From a virus (lineage: Duplodnaviria; Heunggongvirae; Uroviricota; Caudoviricetes), in IMG/VR virus record IMGVR_UViG_3300005663_003096: a stretch of 26,468 bases of DNA, one strand, 5' to 3'. Shown here in pieces: positions 15,558 through 23,511 of the stretch. The position numbers and the translations under genes were made by a program. Position 1 is the first letter of the stretch. Every line of letters begins with the position of its first letter. The notes beneath the pieces are model-generated. The model was not told the origin of the DNA. It did not search any database and saw only the letters and a program-made list of their open reading frames with translations.

Positions 15558-16205
15558 GTGGAGCGTCAGATTCCCAACAAGGAAAAGCAGTTCAGCCTGG
15601 CGCGTGAAGCTGCAATTCTAATTCCCAGATACCCCGAGCAAGACGACCTTCCTGATGGGTCTGCGATACTGGCTCCATTGGACTCCCAAGGGCGCATGTA
15701 TCCTCAAGGCGACCACATCATCTATTGCGTGGAAGATGGGAGCGGTTATGGGATCCGTCTGTGGGACTTCCTGGACATGACGACGAACGCCGCTTTGGGG
15801 ATCAGGTACTCCGGCCGATATGGCCGGCTGGGCACCTGCCCCGGACGAGACGTTCTTATGGCCGCGATATACGATCTTGATCGCCTGGTTATCAGTCAGT
15901 TTCTGCAGCCGTCCCTTCTCGAAGATTGGGCCGAGGAAGACCGGGATGACCTCAAGCCCCCCTGCGCGCCCAGCGGAACCCGCGATGTCGGGGCGACCCG
16001 GCGCCTTATCGGCAGCGGGCGCGCTCTTCTGCATAAAAAACCGGGTATCATCCAGTTCAGGAACGGACAGGTGCTTGTACAGACCAAGAATCACACGCAA
16101 CCGGTGATCTTTGATCACGACGATGCTGCCTTGGCCGCGGAGTTAAGCGACGTTGATCTCCCCGGAGAAGTTAGGCGTAGGATATTCGGTCGGGAAGACG
16201 GGTAA
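15558..16205 (+). CDS. Hypothetical protein (about 215 aa)
   Basis: 3' part of track ORF 15405..16205. The in-frame GTG 15558 follows GGGGG. The upstream part overlaps a divergent promoter, so the start is uncertain. Confidence 0.6.
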   Translation: MERQIPNKEKQFSLAREAAILIPRYPEQDDLPDGSAILAPLDSQGRMYPQGDHIIYCVEDGSGYGIRLWDFLDMTTNAALGIRYSGRYGRLGTCPGRDVLMAAIYDLDRLVISQFLQPSLLEDWAEEDRDDLKPPCAPSGTRDVGATRRLIGSGRALLHKKPGIIQFRNGQVLVQTKNHTQPVIFDHDDAALAAELSDVDLPGEVRRRIFGREDG

Positions 16206-16279
16206 GCCCTTGGCCCTTGCAGTCATGACACAGTGCAGAAGATAAGTCCGGAAACCCAGATTAAATCTCGGTACGCCAC

Positions 16280-16307
16280 TTGCGAAAAACACGGAATGAC
16301 ATATTTT
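16280..16307 (+). promoter_or_regulatory. TTGCGA-N16-TA promoter-like motif facing the 16399 gene
   Basis: TTGCGAAAAACACGGAATGACATATTTT, about 90 nt upstream of the ATG. Confidence 0.6.
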
Positions 16308-16398
16308 ATTACCAGAGACGAAGAGAGTATTTTTGAGAGTTATGAACTTTCACAAACAAGCCGCAAGATACGTTCAAGTCAGATATTAGGAGACAGAC

Positions 16399-17661
16399 AT
16401 GCCGACAATTAACGAAGCATTCAAAACCCATGGCATCCGTGCCGAATATGAAGGCATGCCTGCGATGGTCGTGCCGGTAACGCCGGAGCTTGCAGAAACG
16501 CTCGACCAGGAAAAGGTTAAAAAGCCTGCAATTTCTGGCAATATGCTCTTGAGCTGGAACAACGGCGATGAGCGCAAAGGTTTGGTTATCAACAGCCTCG
16601 CAGCCAATGATATCAATCTCCTGATCAAACGCCAGGACGGCAGCGACAAGAAGGTCAATGCCACCAGCATGACAGATGCAGCGCTTCGGGCGCTCCGTCT
16701 GCGCAATGCGCACCGCGAAGATGTGGCTCAGGTCGAAGCAGCAAATGCCAAGGCTCAGGAAGAATATCAGGAAGCGGTCGATCGCGGCGAAAATCCCGCC
16801 GAGCCTGAAGAGCGCAAAACCGAATTCACTGATGCATCCTTCAAGGGCATCGACGGTCTGGCGACATGTCTCCGCAGCGTGATGATTGGGATCAAGGAAG
16901 ATGTGCTTTCCGATATCAAGGTCAAAGGCAAAGCAGACTCGTTCCTTGGCGAAATGCGTGAACTGACGCGCGACGAGCTGACCAGCTCTGATAAAGCCAA
17001 AGCACTTGAGGCGCGCCGCCTGAAAGCTGAAATCGCGATGCTTGCTCCCGAACATGAGAAAGCTTCCGCCACTATCATGCCGGCCGCTTATGAAGGTGAC
17101 GGTGAGGCCGCTCGCGATCTGATGGATGCTATGCCTCATGATCCGGAAGGTCTGAGTGCCGCACAGCAGTCCGTTATGGCGCAGGCAGGCAACATTGCTT
17201 TGGTTAACCGCCTCTTCTCGGTTGCGACAACCACGCCGGTCATGGCTGTCGAAAAGCGCGCCTTGTCGCATACTGGCTTTGCAACCTTCGCACAGAATCT
17301 CGCCAAGTACGAGAATAAGGATGCGAGCGAAATGGTTCTTCCCCGCATGGCAGCCGTGACCGGCGATGCTATGGAAGCCTATAAATGGCAGGGTAAGATT
17401 TATACCAAAGATGGTGCAGATATCCTTCTGATGCGCGATGAATATGCCGCCTTCGCCTACGCCTGGGACACTGAGAGCCGCGTCGGTGATATCAACATCG
17501 AAGCGTCGGTACTGACAAACCTGACCCAGGCTGATGTGCCGACTGAAGAAGAGCTGGAAGAGCTGAAGGAAATCCATGAAGCCCTGAAGTTCGACAACGG
17601 TGCCGAAGTGAACTTCGATTGGGACGATGAGCCCGAGGAAGAAGACGTCTTCGAAGCCTGA
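16399..17661 (+). CDS. Hypothetical protein (420 aa) with an acidic C-terminal tail
   Basis: Strong RBS TAGGAG, its own promoter-like motif and terminator. Tail ...FDWDDEPEEEDVFEA. Confidence 0.88.
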   Translation: MPTINEAFKTHGIRAEYEGMPAMVVPVTPELAETLDQEKVKKPAISGNMLLSWNNGDERKGLVINSLAANDINLLIKRQDGSDKKVNATSMTDAALRALRLRNAHREDVAQVEAANAKAQEEYQEAVDRGENPAEPEERKTEFTDASFKGIDGLATCLRSVMIGIKEDVLSDIKVKGKADSFLGEMRELTRDELTSSDKAKALEARRLKAEIAMLAPEHEKASATIMPAAYEGDGEAARDLMDAMPHDPEGLSAAQQSVMAQAGNIALVNRLFSVATTTPVMAVEKRALSHTGFATFAQNLAKYENKDASEMVLPRMAAVTGDAMEAYKWQGKIYTKDGADILLMRDEYAAFAYAWDTESRVGDINIEASVLTNLTQADVPTEEELEELKEIHEALKFDNGAEVNFDWDDEPEEEDVFEA

Positions 17662-17685
17662 TCGCCAAGTTGACCTGCGAATATC

Positions 17686-17714
17686 AAAAGGGGCGGTATT
17701 TACCGCCCCTTTTT
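17686..17714. terminator. Bidirectional Rho-independent terminator
   Basis: AAAA-GGGGCGGT-ATTT-ACCGCCCC-TTTTT. Confidence 0.9.
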
Positions 17715-17740
17715 CATCAGACCCGAGAGAGGATTCAGCC

Positions 17741-18478
17741 ATGAATGATACGCGTTTTCTAAAAATTCAGAAGGGCTACCACGATGCCGGTGGTCTGGTA
17801 ACGGCCTATGCCATTCAGACAAAACAGCCGATGAGGAACGCCATCAATGAACTGCGCGACGCGGGCATGGTCTATGATTTCGATAACGTCCTAAACGAAG
17901 GCCTCGCCTTCTCGAAGGTCATGACCGGAAGAGATGGTACCCTCGTCGGAATCCCTTCAGACATCGCCACCCGCGGCGGAACCGAACATGTCATGAGCCA
18001 GCCCAATGAAGTCCGAAAGGTACTCGCGGATCGCGTGATCGCTCAACAGCGTATTGATCAGAGCCCGGCTGCTAAACGCATCTTCGAGCAGGCTGCCGAC
18101 CGGGTTGATCGCAATGGCAAACCCCTCCCGATGGGACTCTTGGGGCCCGTTTATGAACGCGCGGCACGCGTCCTCGAGAATGAATGGGAAGCCAGCGGCC
18201 GGCATGACAAAGCGGCGTTCCGATCCGCGAAGGTCTTGATGACACTCGCGGTGACTCATGCGGCAAGCTATACCCAAGTTGAGAGCTACCATGCGGCAAA
18301 GCAGATGATGCCCATGGCCCTACTTAAGAATGCTGCACGCAAACTGACCGGCCGTGCGGATCCCGAGCAGGAGCGTCAGATCTTGGACCTGTCGATCTGG
18401 TCTGAGCCGGATGATCCTTTCAAGCCCGTAACTCTGGCGCCAAAAAGCCCGGAGCAGAGCTTGGGTGAGCCTGTCTGA
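17741..18478 (+). CDS. Hypothetical protein (245 aa)
   Basis: GAGAGGA RBS before ATG 17741. The track start at 17627 overlaps the previous gene and terminator. Confidence 0.78.
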   Translation: MNDTRFLKIQKGYHDAGGLVTAYAIQTKQPMRNAINELRDAGMVYDFDNVLNEGLAFSKVMTGRDGTLVGIPSDIATRGGTEHVMSQPNEVRKVLADRVIAQQRIDQSPAAKRIFEQAADRVDRNGKPLPMGLLGPVYERAARVLENEWEASGRHDKAAFRSAKVLMTLAVTHAASYTQVESYHAAKQMMPMALLKNAARKLTGRADPEQERQILDLSIWSEPDDPFKPVTLAPKSPEQSLGEPV

Positions 18479-18496
18479 TCACAACTATATCTGGGT

Positions 18497-18543
18497 TATC
18501 TGTACGCGAATCCGGTCTGAGAGACGTGGTTTGTGTACAGATA
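18497..18543. terminator. Hairpin between convergent genes, probably a terminator
   Basis: TATCTGTAC (18497-18505) pairs with GTACAGATA (18535-18543), and the stem extends inward with G:U pairs. No clear U-tract. Confidence 0.45.
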
Positions 18544-18554
18544 GGCAACAATGA

Positions 18555-19304
18555 TCAGCCGAGATGCTGTCCTGCATCCGCGCAGATGAGCTGTCCCGTA
18601 ACGCCAGGCGCGTCGAGAAAATAGCCCAGCGCGCCGGTGATGTCCTCAAGGTTTGACCCGCGTCCCAGGATCGTGCCCGTGCGCTGATCTGCATATTCCT
18701 GATCTGTCAGGTCATCGCTTTTCAGCGTGGGGCCAGGGCCAATCCCATTGACGCGGATAGTTGGTCCCAGGGCCTGGGCTGTGGTCTTTGTCATGCCCCA
18801 GAGGGCGACCTTGGCCATCGTATAGGTCATGAATTCCGGTGTAAGGTTGCGGACACGCTGATCGATCATATTGACGATCAGCCCCGCAGCACGCATTTCC
18901 CCTCTCTCATCCGTGATCCGCTCCAGACCTTGGTTGGCCATGGCTTGGGTCAACACAAAGGGTGCGCGCAGGTTGCTGCCCATCGACCGGTCCCAGCTCT
19001 CACGCGTGGCCGTGGTGATCTCATCGGGCTCAAAGATGGAGGCGTTATTCACCAGGCAGGTAATGGGCCCACCGAGCGCCTCAGCCGCGCGCGGCAGAAG
19101 GGCTTGGGTCTGATCTTCATCGAGAAGATCCGCCTGAACGGCCACAGCCTGGCGGCCCATCTCTTTGATCTCATCGACGACCGACTGCGCGTCTACTTCC
19201 GAGCTGCGATAATGCACGGCGACGTCATATCCGCGGCCAGCGAGATAGAGCGCCATTGCACGGCCGAGGCGCACGCCGGCTCCGGTAACCAGGGCATTTT
19301 TCAT
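18555..19304 (-). CDS. Short-chain dehydrogenase/reductase, pteridine-reductase (PTR1/FolM)-like
   Basis: VTGAGVRLG (TGxxxRLG), VAVHY, LVNNASIF, N..AP..L, NMIDQRV, YTMAK (YxxxK) and VNGIGPG. Confidence 0.92.
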   Translation of the reverse strand: MKNALVTGAGVRLGRAMALYLAGRGYDVAVHYRSSEVDAQSVVDEIKEMGRQAVAVQADLLDEDQTQALLPRAAEALGGPITCLVNNASIFEPDEITTATRESWDRSMGSNLRAPFVLTQAMANQGLERITDERGEMRAAGLIVNMIDQRVRNLTPEFMTYTMAKVALWGMTKTTAQALGPTIRVNGIGPGPTLKSDDLTDQEYADQRTGTILGRGSNLEDITGALGYFLDAPGVTGQLICADAGQHLG

Positions 19305-19411
19305 AACGTCGCGCCTTTCATTTGTTGGTCATACTTTGGGCCGCATGTAGAGCAGCGGCGCGGGGCAGACAAGCAGCACTGCGGAGTTTCGCCACCCCTG
19401 CCCCGGTTAGA

Positions 19412-20923
19412 TCAGATGATGAAATTGGTCTCGTCAGTCAGATCGCTTTCTTGATCGTCTCCCATTTCTACGAGAAAACGCTCACCTGTTTCTTGCAGGC
19501 TCACCGAGAACATCGCCTCATCGTCGATCGTCACCTCGCTGATGTCGAGATCCGCAAAGCTGTCTACGCTCACCCCATCACCAAACTGGATAACGTCTTC
19601 TCCATCTGTGAAATCCTTGATAATATCGAGTTGCGCGTATTTTTCTGCGTCCGTTCCTTCCAAGTCGTCCCAGACCTGCAAATCGCCGCTGTCAAAGCGG
19701 TAGGTGTCCGCCCCTGCCCCGCCATATAGCGTATCAGTGCCCGAGCCTCCGGTCAGCGTGTCATTGCCGGTGCCGCCGCGGAGAAGGTCATCGCCGGATC
19801 CGCCTACGAGTTGATCGTCTTCAGAGCCCCCGTAGAGCGTGTCATCCCCGGCGCCACCGCGGACTTCGTCCATATCCATGCCCCCGGCGAGGTGATCATC
19901 GCCATTGCCGCCATAGATCGTGTCATTGCCCTTACCGGCATCGACGACATCGTCCCCATCGCCGGCGCGGAACAAGCCATCTGCATCGGGTGTCTTCTGA
20001 ACATCCCAGATCCAATCAGCACCATCGGTGCCTGCAATCGAGTCGTCCGTGTTCTTCATGACATTGATATCTTCGTCGAAAGTGCCGTGAGGCACGTAGT
20101 TCTGCTGGTCGATATAATCGACAACCGGCAGCGCAGACAGATCTTCGGGCATTTCAGAAAAATGCGTTTCAGCGCCGGCATGGCGCGCGCCTTCGAGCGC
20201 ATAGAGCCCTTGGTCTCCGAGGCGAAGCCATTGCTGATCGAGATACTCGACCACATCGATACCCTCAGGCAGATCGTGTAGATCCAGATCTTGCCCCTCA
20301 AGGACGATCATATCGCGGGTGATATCGAAGTCCTCGATACGGCCCAGGATCGGGCTGTTGAGTTGACCAATATTGTCAAACTCCACCGTATCATTGCCGG
20401 TGCCAGTATAAACGTGATGGCCGTCATAATTACTGTCATTGGTCAGATCGAGCACGATGCGATCGTCACCCTCCCCGCCCCCGACGTGGACCTGGCCAAA
20501 ACCCGGGATCGAGGAGATCAACGTGTCATCGCCATGACCGCCCCAAAGCTCGCTGTAACCCTCTGAGCCGTCCAATACGATAATGTCATCGCCGCCCAAC
20601 CCGCTGAACCGGTCTTCGCCGCCGTTGCCGAACATGATGTCTTTTGCACCAGTGCCCGAGATCCGCTCATCTGTTTCGGTGCCCTCAATCCTTTCCCCGG
20701 GGATGTCGCTGGTGAGATCGAGCGTCTCGATGACTGAAGTACCATCATCATAGGACCTGATATCGAAGCCATCCTCTTCCGGACCAGGTTCATCGGGATC
20801 AGGCTGCGTTGGATCTACGGGATCTGGATTTGTGGGATCCGAGGGGTCCGATGATTTACTGCTGGACCCGCCACTCATACCGAAGGCGGCCCCAAGGCCC
20901 AAAAGAATTAGTAGGAATTGCAT
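19412..20923 (-). CDS. RTX-type (GGxGxD) calcium-binding protein with an N-terminal hydrophobic anchor
   Basis: Many nonapeptide repeats in two blocks (GNGGEDRF, GLGGDD, AGKGNDTIYGGNGDDHL, GGAGDDTLYGGSEDD, GGTGNDTLTGGSGTDTLYGGAGAD). N-terminus MQFLLILLGLGAAFG followed by PD repeats. Confidence 0.92.
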   Translation of the reverse strand: MQFLLILLGLGAAFGMSGGSSSKSSDPSDPTNPDPVDPTQPDPDEPGPEEDGFDIRSYDDGTSVIETLDLTSDIPGERIEGTETDERISGTGAKDIMFGNGGEDRFSGLGGDDIIVLDGSEGYSELWGGHGDDTLISSIPGFGQVHVGGGEGDDRIVLDLTNDSNYDGHHVYTGTGNDTVEFDNIGQLNSPILGRIEDFDITRDMIVLEGQDLDLHDLPEGIDVVEYLDQQWLRLGDQGLYALEGARHAGAETHFSEMPEDLSALPVVDYIDQQNYVPHGTFDEDINVMKNTDDSIAGTDGADWIWDVQKTPDADGLFRAGDGDDVVDAGKGNDTIYGGNGDDHLAGGMDMDEVRGGAGDDTLYGGSEDDQLVGGSGDDLLRGGTGNDTLTGGSGTDTLYGGAGADTYRFDSGDLQVWDDLEGTDAEKYAQLDIIKDFTDGEDVIQFGDGVSVDSFADLDISEVTIDDEAMFSVSLQETGERFLVEMGDDQESDLTDETNFII

Positions 20924-20927
20924 TCTG

Positions 20928-21152
20928 TCATTCCGTCATTTGTTTGATTTTGGTCGTTGTGGCATTGAGCCAACGGCCCAGAAGCCCGCGGAGCATCTGG
21001 GCAGCCCCTCTGGGGCGGCAGAGCGCCTCCAGGCGTGCCATACGCTCCTCATGGGTGATCTCGCCCCGCTGATAAGCCAGGCGCGCCTCACGGGCGCCCA
21101 GCATCACTGCGTGCAGCCTTTGGGGCTGAGATAGGGTCTGGTGGTCATCCAC
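20928..21152 (-). CDS. Small hypothetical protein with a SHOCT-like motif
   Basis: RLAYQRGEITHEERMARLEAL. Sits 6 nt after the 52-aa gene and ends 4 nt before the RTX ATG. Start uncertain. Confidence 0.5.
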   Translation of the reverse strand: MDDHQTLSQPQRLHAVMLGAREARLAYQRGEITHEERMARLEALCRPRGAAQMLRGLLGRWLNATTTKIKQMTE

Positions 21153-21158
21153 TTGCTG

Positions 21159-21317
21159 TCAGCGCCCCTGAGTGGGGTTTGCGTGAATGATCCAAGCGAT
21201 CACCGCGAGGAGCATCCCGCAGACCATAAGGCCGGTGCCATGACCGGTCTCTGCGTTGTAGAGCCCGCCCCCTACGGAGATCATCGAGATGGCAGCGCCG
21301 GCGAGAAGATTGCTCAT
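21159..21317 (-). CDS. Small two-TM protein (52 aa), absent from the ORF track
   Basis: ATGA overlap with the MazG-like stop. Read by hand: MSNLLAGAAISMISVGGGLYNAETGHGTGLMVCGMLLAVIAWIIHANPTQGR. Confidence 0.65.
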   Translation of the reverse strand: MSNLLAGAAISMISVGGGLYNAETGHGTGLMVCGMLLAVIAWIIHANPTQGR

Positions 21318-21931
21318 GCCACCACCTTCAGTGTCTGATGGTGGGAATAGCGCATCTTGCGCGCCATGATCTCTTCATAGGCATCAGGCACATCTTCAAA
21401 GAAATCGTCCGGCAGAAAATGAACGGCGAGCCAGAAGTCGAAAAGGTCCAGCGTCAACTGCTGCCTGTTGTCCTGCTGCGGGAAATCGGGGTGATAACTG
21501 TCATAGCCGTGGCGCAGGGTCTTGCCCACGGTCTGAACGATCTTTGCTGCCCTGTTCGACAGGATGTGCAGCTGCTCCATCTCCGCCAGATCGACGCCGT
21601 TCACAACGATTGTATTGCCCATTTGCGACATCTCGATCAAAGCTTCGGAGTATGGGCTTACATAGGAAGATTCGTTTTTCGCAAAGTAGTTCGCGAAAGC
21701 CTCGATGCTGAGGTCCGCTTCCATGAACTCTGCGACGGCCAAGAGGTCGGCGACTTCCCGGCCGAGATCGGCGATATTGTCATCCAGCGCCCCTTCGAGA
21801 TTCTCCGAGTACGGACCATCTTGCAACATCTGGGTTGCCGACTGAACCACTTCCCCTGCTTCCTCGGAAAGCATGGCCAGGCGCTCGGTTTCTGCTGCTG
21901 TCAGTTTATTGAAATTCTCGTGCTTAGACAT
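21314..21931 (-). CDS. Tandem-duplicated MazG-like NTP pyrophosphohydrolase
   Basis: Repeat 1: LAMLSEEAGEVVQ...LGREVADLLAV (EExxE...ExxD). Repeat 2: LHILSNRAAKIVQTVGKTLRHGYDSYHP...LTLDLFDFWLAV. RBS AAAGGA. Confidence 0.8.
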   Translation of the reverse strand: MSKHENFNKLTAAETERLAMLSEEAGEVVQSATQMLQDGPYSENLEGALDDNIADLGREVADLLAVAEFMEADLSIEAFANYFAKNESSYVSPYSEALIEMSQMGNTIVVNGVDLAEMEQLHILSNRAAKIVQTVGKTLRHGYDSYHPDFPQQDNRQQLTLDLFDFWLAVHFLPDDFFEDVPDAYEEIMARKMRYSHHQTLKVVA

Positions 21932-21969
21932 ATTGATATCCTTTATTAAGTTCTGTGCTGCAAAGCATT

Positions 21970-23019
21970 TTAGGTGGTTTTCTGCTGCCGAAGGGCATCA
22001 GTGAGAGCTTCCGGAGAGACACGCTCTGCGGAGATGTAGAACAGCGGTCGACCGGTAAGGTCTGTATCGCCGGGCACGTTAAGGTAGGGCGTATCAAATC
22101 CCGGCCGGATGGTTCCCAGGAATGTCATGCCAAGACTGCGGAAGGCATTATAGGCCATGTCCGCAGTGATCTCTTTGATGTCGATCTGGATCCGGAAGGC
22201 TGTAACATCCTGGGACGCGGATCCAAGGACTGTGAAGAAACTGGAAATGCCCGGATCGAGAACCTCACTCGCCACGACCTCCGCCGATTGGGAAACCACT
22301 GGCACCACCTTGGTATGGGCGCCAAGGAGACGTGCTTTGACATCGCATTCGAGGGCTGCAACGACCCGTGCGGCGGGCACCAACCATGAAACGGCCATGG
22401 CTGCGGTCAATGTGGTGTCATCCTCTTCTGCAAACACGAGAACCGTTTTCGCATGCATGACCCCTGCCCTGCGCAGATCACGCTCGGCGACCAGATCTTC
22501 GGATCTAACATAGTGCAGCTCGCTGGTATCAAAGGCCGGAACCTTGGTGGTCATGAGAATGATGTCGCGGGGCTGCAGACCGCCTGCCAGTAGATCGATG
22601 ATCACGCGTTGAGTGGCCTTTGGGTGCAACCCGATGATGACCGTTTTGCCCTTTTCGGCGCTGTAATCGCCAAATCCATCCATGCGTTTCCTCCAATAGG
22701 CAACTGAGGTCTGAGAGACCTTTGCCAGTAAAACAGTGAAAAATGTGAGTGCGCCCGGAAAAAGCCATACCGAAACAAAGACCCTGCCGAGCTCGGTCGC
22801 TGGCGACAGGTCCCCATAGCCAATCGTGCTCGCCGTCGTCGAATAGAAGTAGATAAAGGTGCTGATACCCATCAGATGCATCTCGCCTGCCAGCCGCAGG
22901 CCGAGATAGGTCACCAGCATATGCGCGGCGGTGAGCAACCAGAAGACTTTCCAGTCGAGCTGGGCCACCGCTTGATAGGCGCGCGCGCCCATAATCTCGA
23001 TGAGGCGGAAAAGGACCAT
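21970..23019 (-). CDS. Two-TM potassium channel with a C-terminal RCK (TrkA-N-like) domain
   Basis: Pore helix and selectivity filter TTASTIGYGD flanked by TMs. RCK-like TVIIG...G..DL.RAG...A..V...DD.TL. Confidence 0.9.
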   Translation of the reverse strand: MVLFRLIEIMGARAYQAVAQLDWKVFWLLTAAHMLVTYLGLRLAGEMHLMGISTFIYFYSTTASTIGYGDLSPATELGRVFVSVWLFPGALTFFTVLLAKVSQTSVAYWRKRMDGFGDYSAEKGKTVIIGLHPKATQRVIIDLLAGGLQPRDIILMTTKVPAFDTSELHYVRSEDLVAERDLRRAGVMHAKTVLVFAEEDDTTLTAAMAVSWLVPAARVVAALECDVKARLLGAHTKVVPVVSQSAEVVASEVLDPGISSFFTVLGSASQDVTAFRIQIDIKEITADMAYNAFRSLGMTFLGTIRPGFDTPYLNVPGDTDLTGRPLFYISAERVSPEALTDALRQQKTT

Positions 23020-23020
23020 G

Positions 23021-23296
23021 TCAGGCGTTGATCACGATCAGCAGGCTGCGCATGAGAAGCTTACCAATAAGAATGGCTGAAATGGTGACAGAGGCTGTCA
23101 GAACTGCGCTATAGGACGTCATCTGGAAGAGAATGTCCTGATTGGGCAGCATCGCACGACCATAGTCTTGAAGAATTAAAACCCAGCTCTGGGCACCCTT
23201 ATCACCCAAGGCTTTGAGGACCATTACAGCGGCAGCGACATTCACCATTAGAAAGACGGCTGGCGATTTGAACGCAACGGGGTCCTTGATGGTCAT
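23021..23296 (-). CDS. Small two-TM membrane protein (91 aa), probably co-transcribed with the K+ channel
   Basis: Two hydrophobic segments and RBS AAAGGA. The stop is 1 nt before the channel ATG. Confidence 0.72.
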   Translation of the reverse strand: MTIKDPVAFKSPAVFLMVNVAAAVMVLKALGDKGAQSWVLILQDYGRAMLPNQDILFQMTSYSAVLTASVTISAILIGKLLMRSLLIVINA

Positions 23297-23326
23297 GTGC
23301 TGTCCTTTTGAGTGTATCGCGAGCGT

Positions 23327-23475
23327 TTGCGAAAAAGCTACAGTTGAGCAATACCCAAGACTGATCTGGGCTGCAAGGCATTTGCGAAAAATGTACTAAT
23401 TTATCGTAATCCAGATTATACCCTAAGATATGTGGACAACCACCAAGCTGATCTTGCGATGATGGTTTGCGAAAA
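23327..23475 (+). promoter_or_regulatory. Three tandem TTGCGAAAA copies upstream of the CAP lipoprotein gene
   Basis: Copies start at 23327, 23382 and 23467 in a divergent intergenic region. Confidence 0.55.
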
Positions 23476-23511
23476 ATAGACGTTAAGCAGACATCAATAG
23501 AGGCTGAATTT

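Noticed and set aside
16309-17742. 477-aa antisense ORF
   Set aside because: It mirrors the 16399 gene, which has the RBS, promoter-like site and terminator. Its composition is that of a shadow frame.
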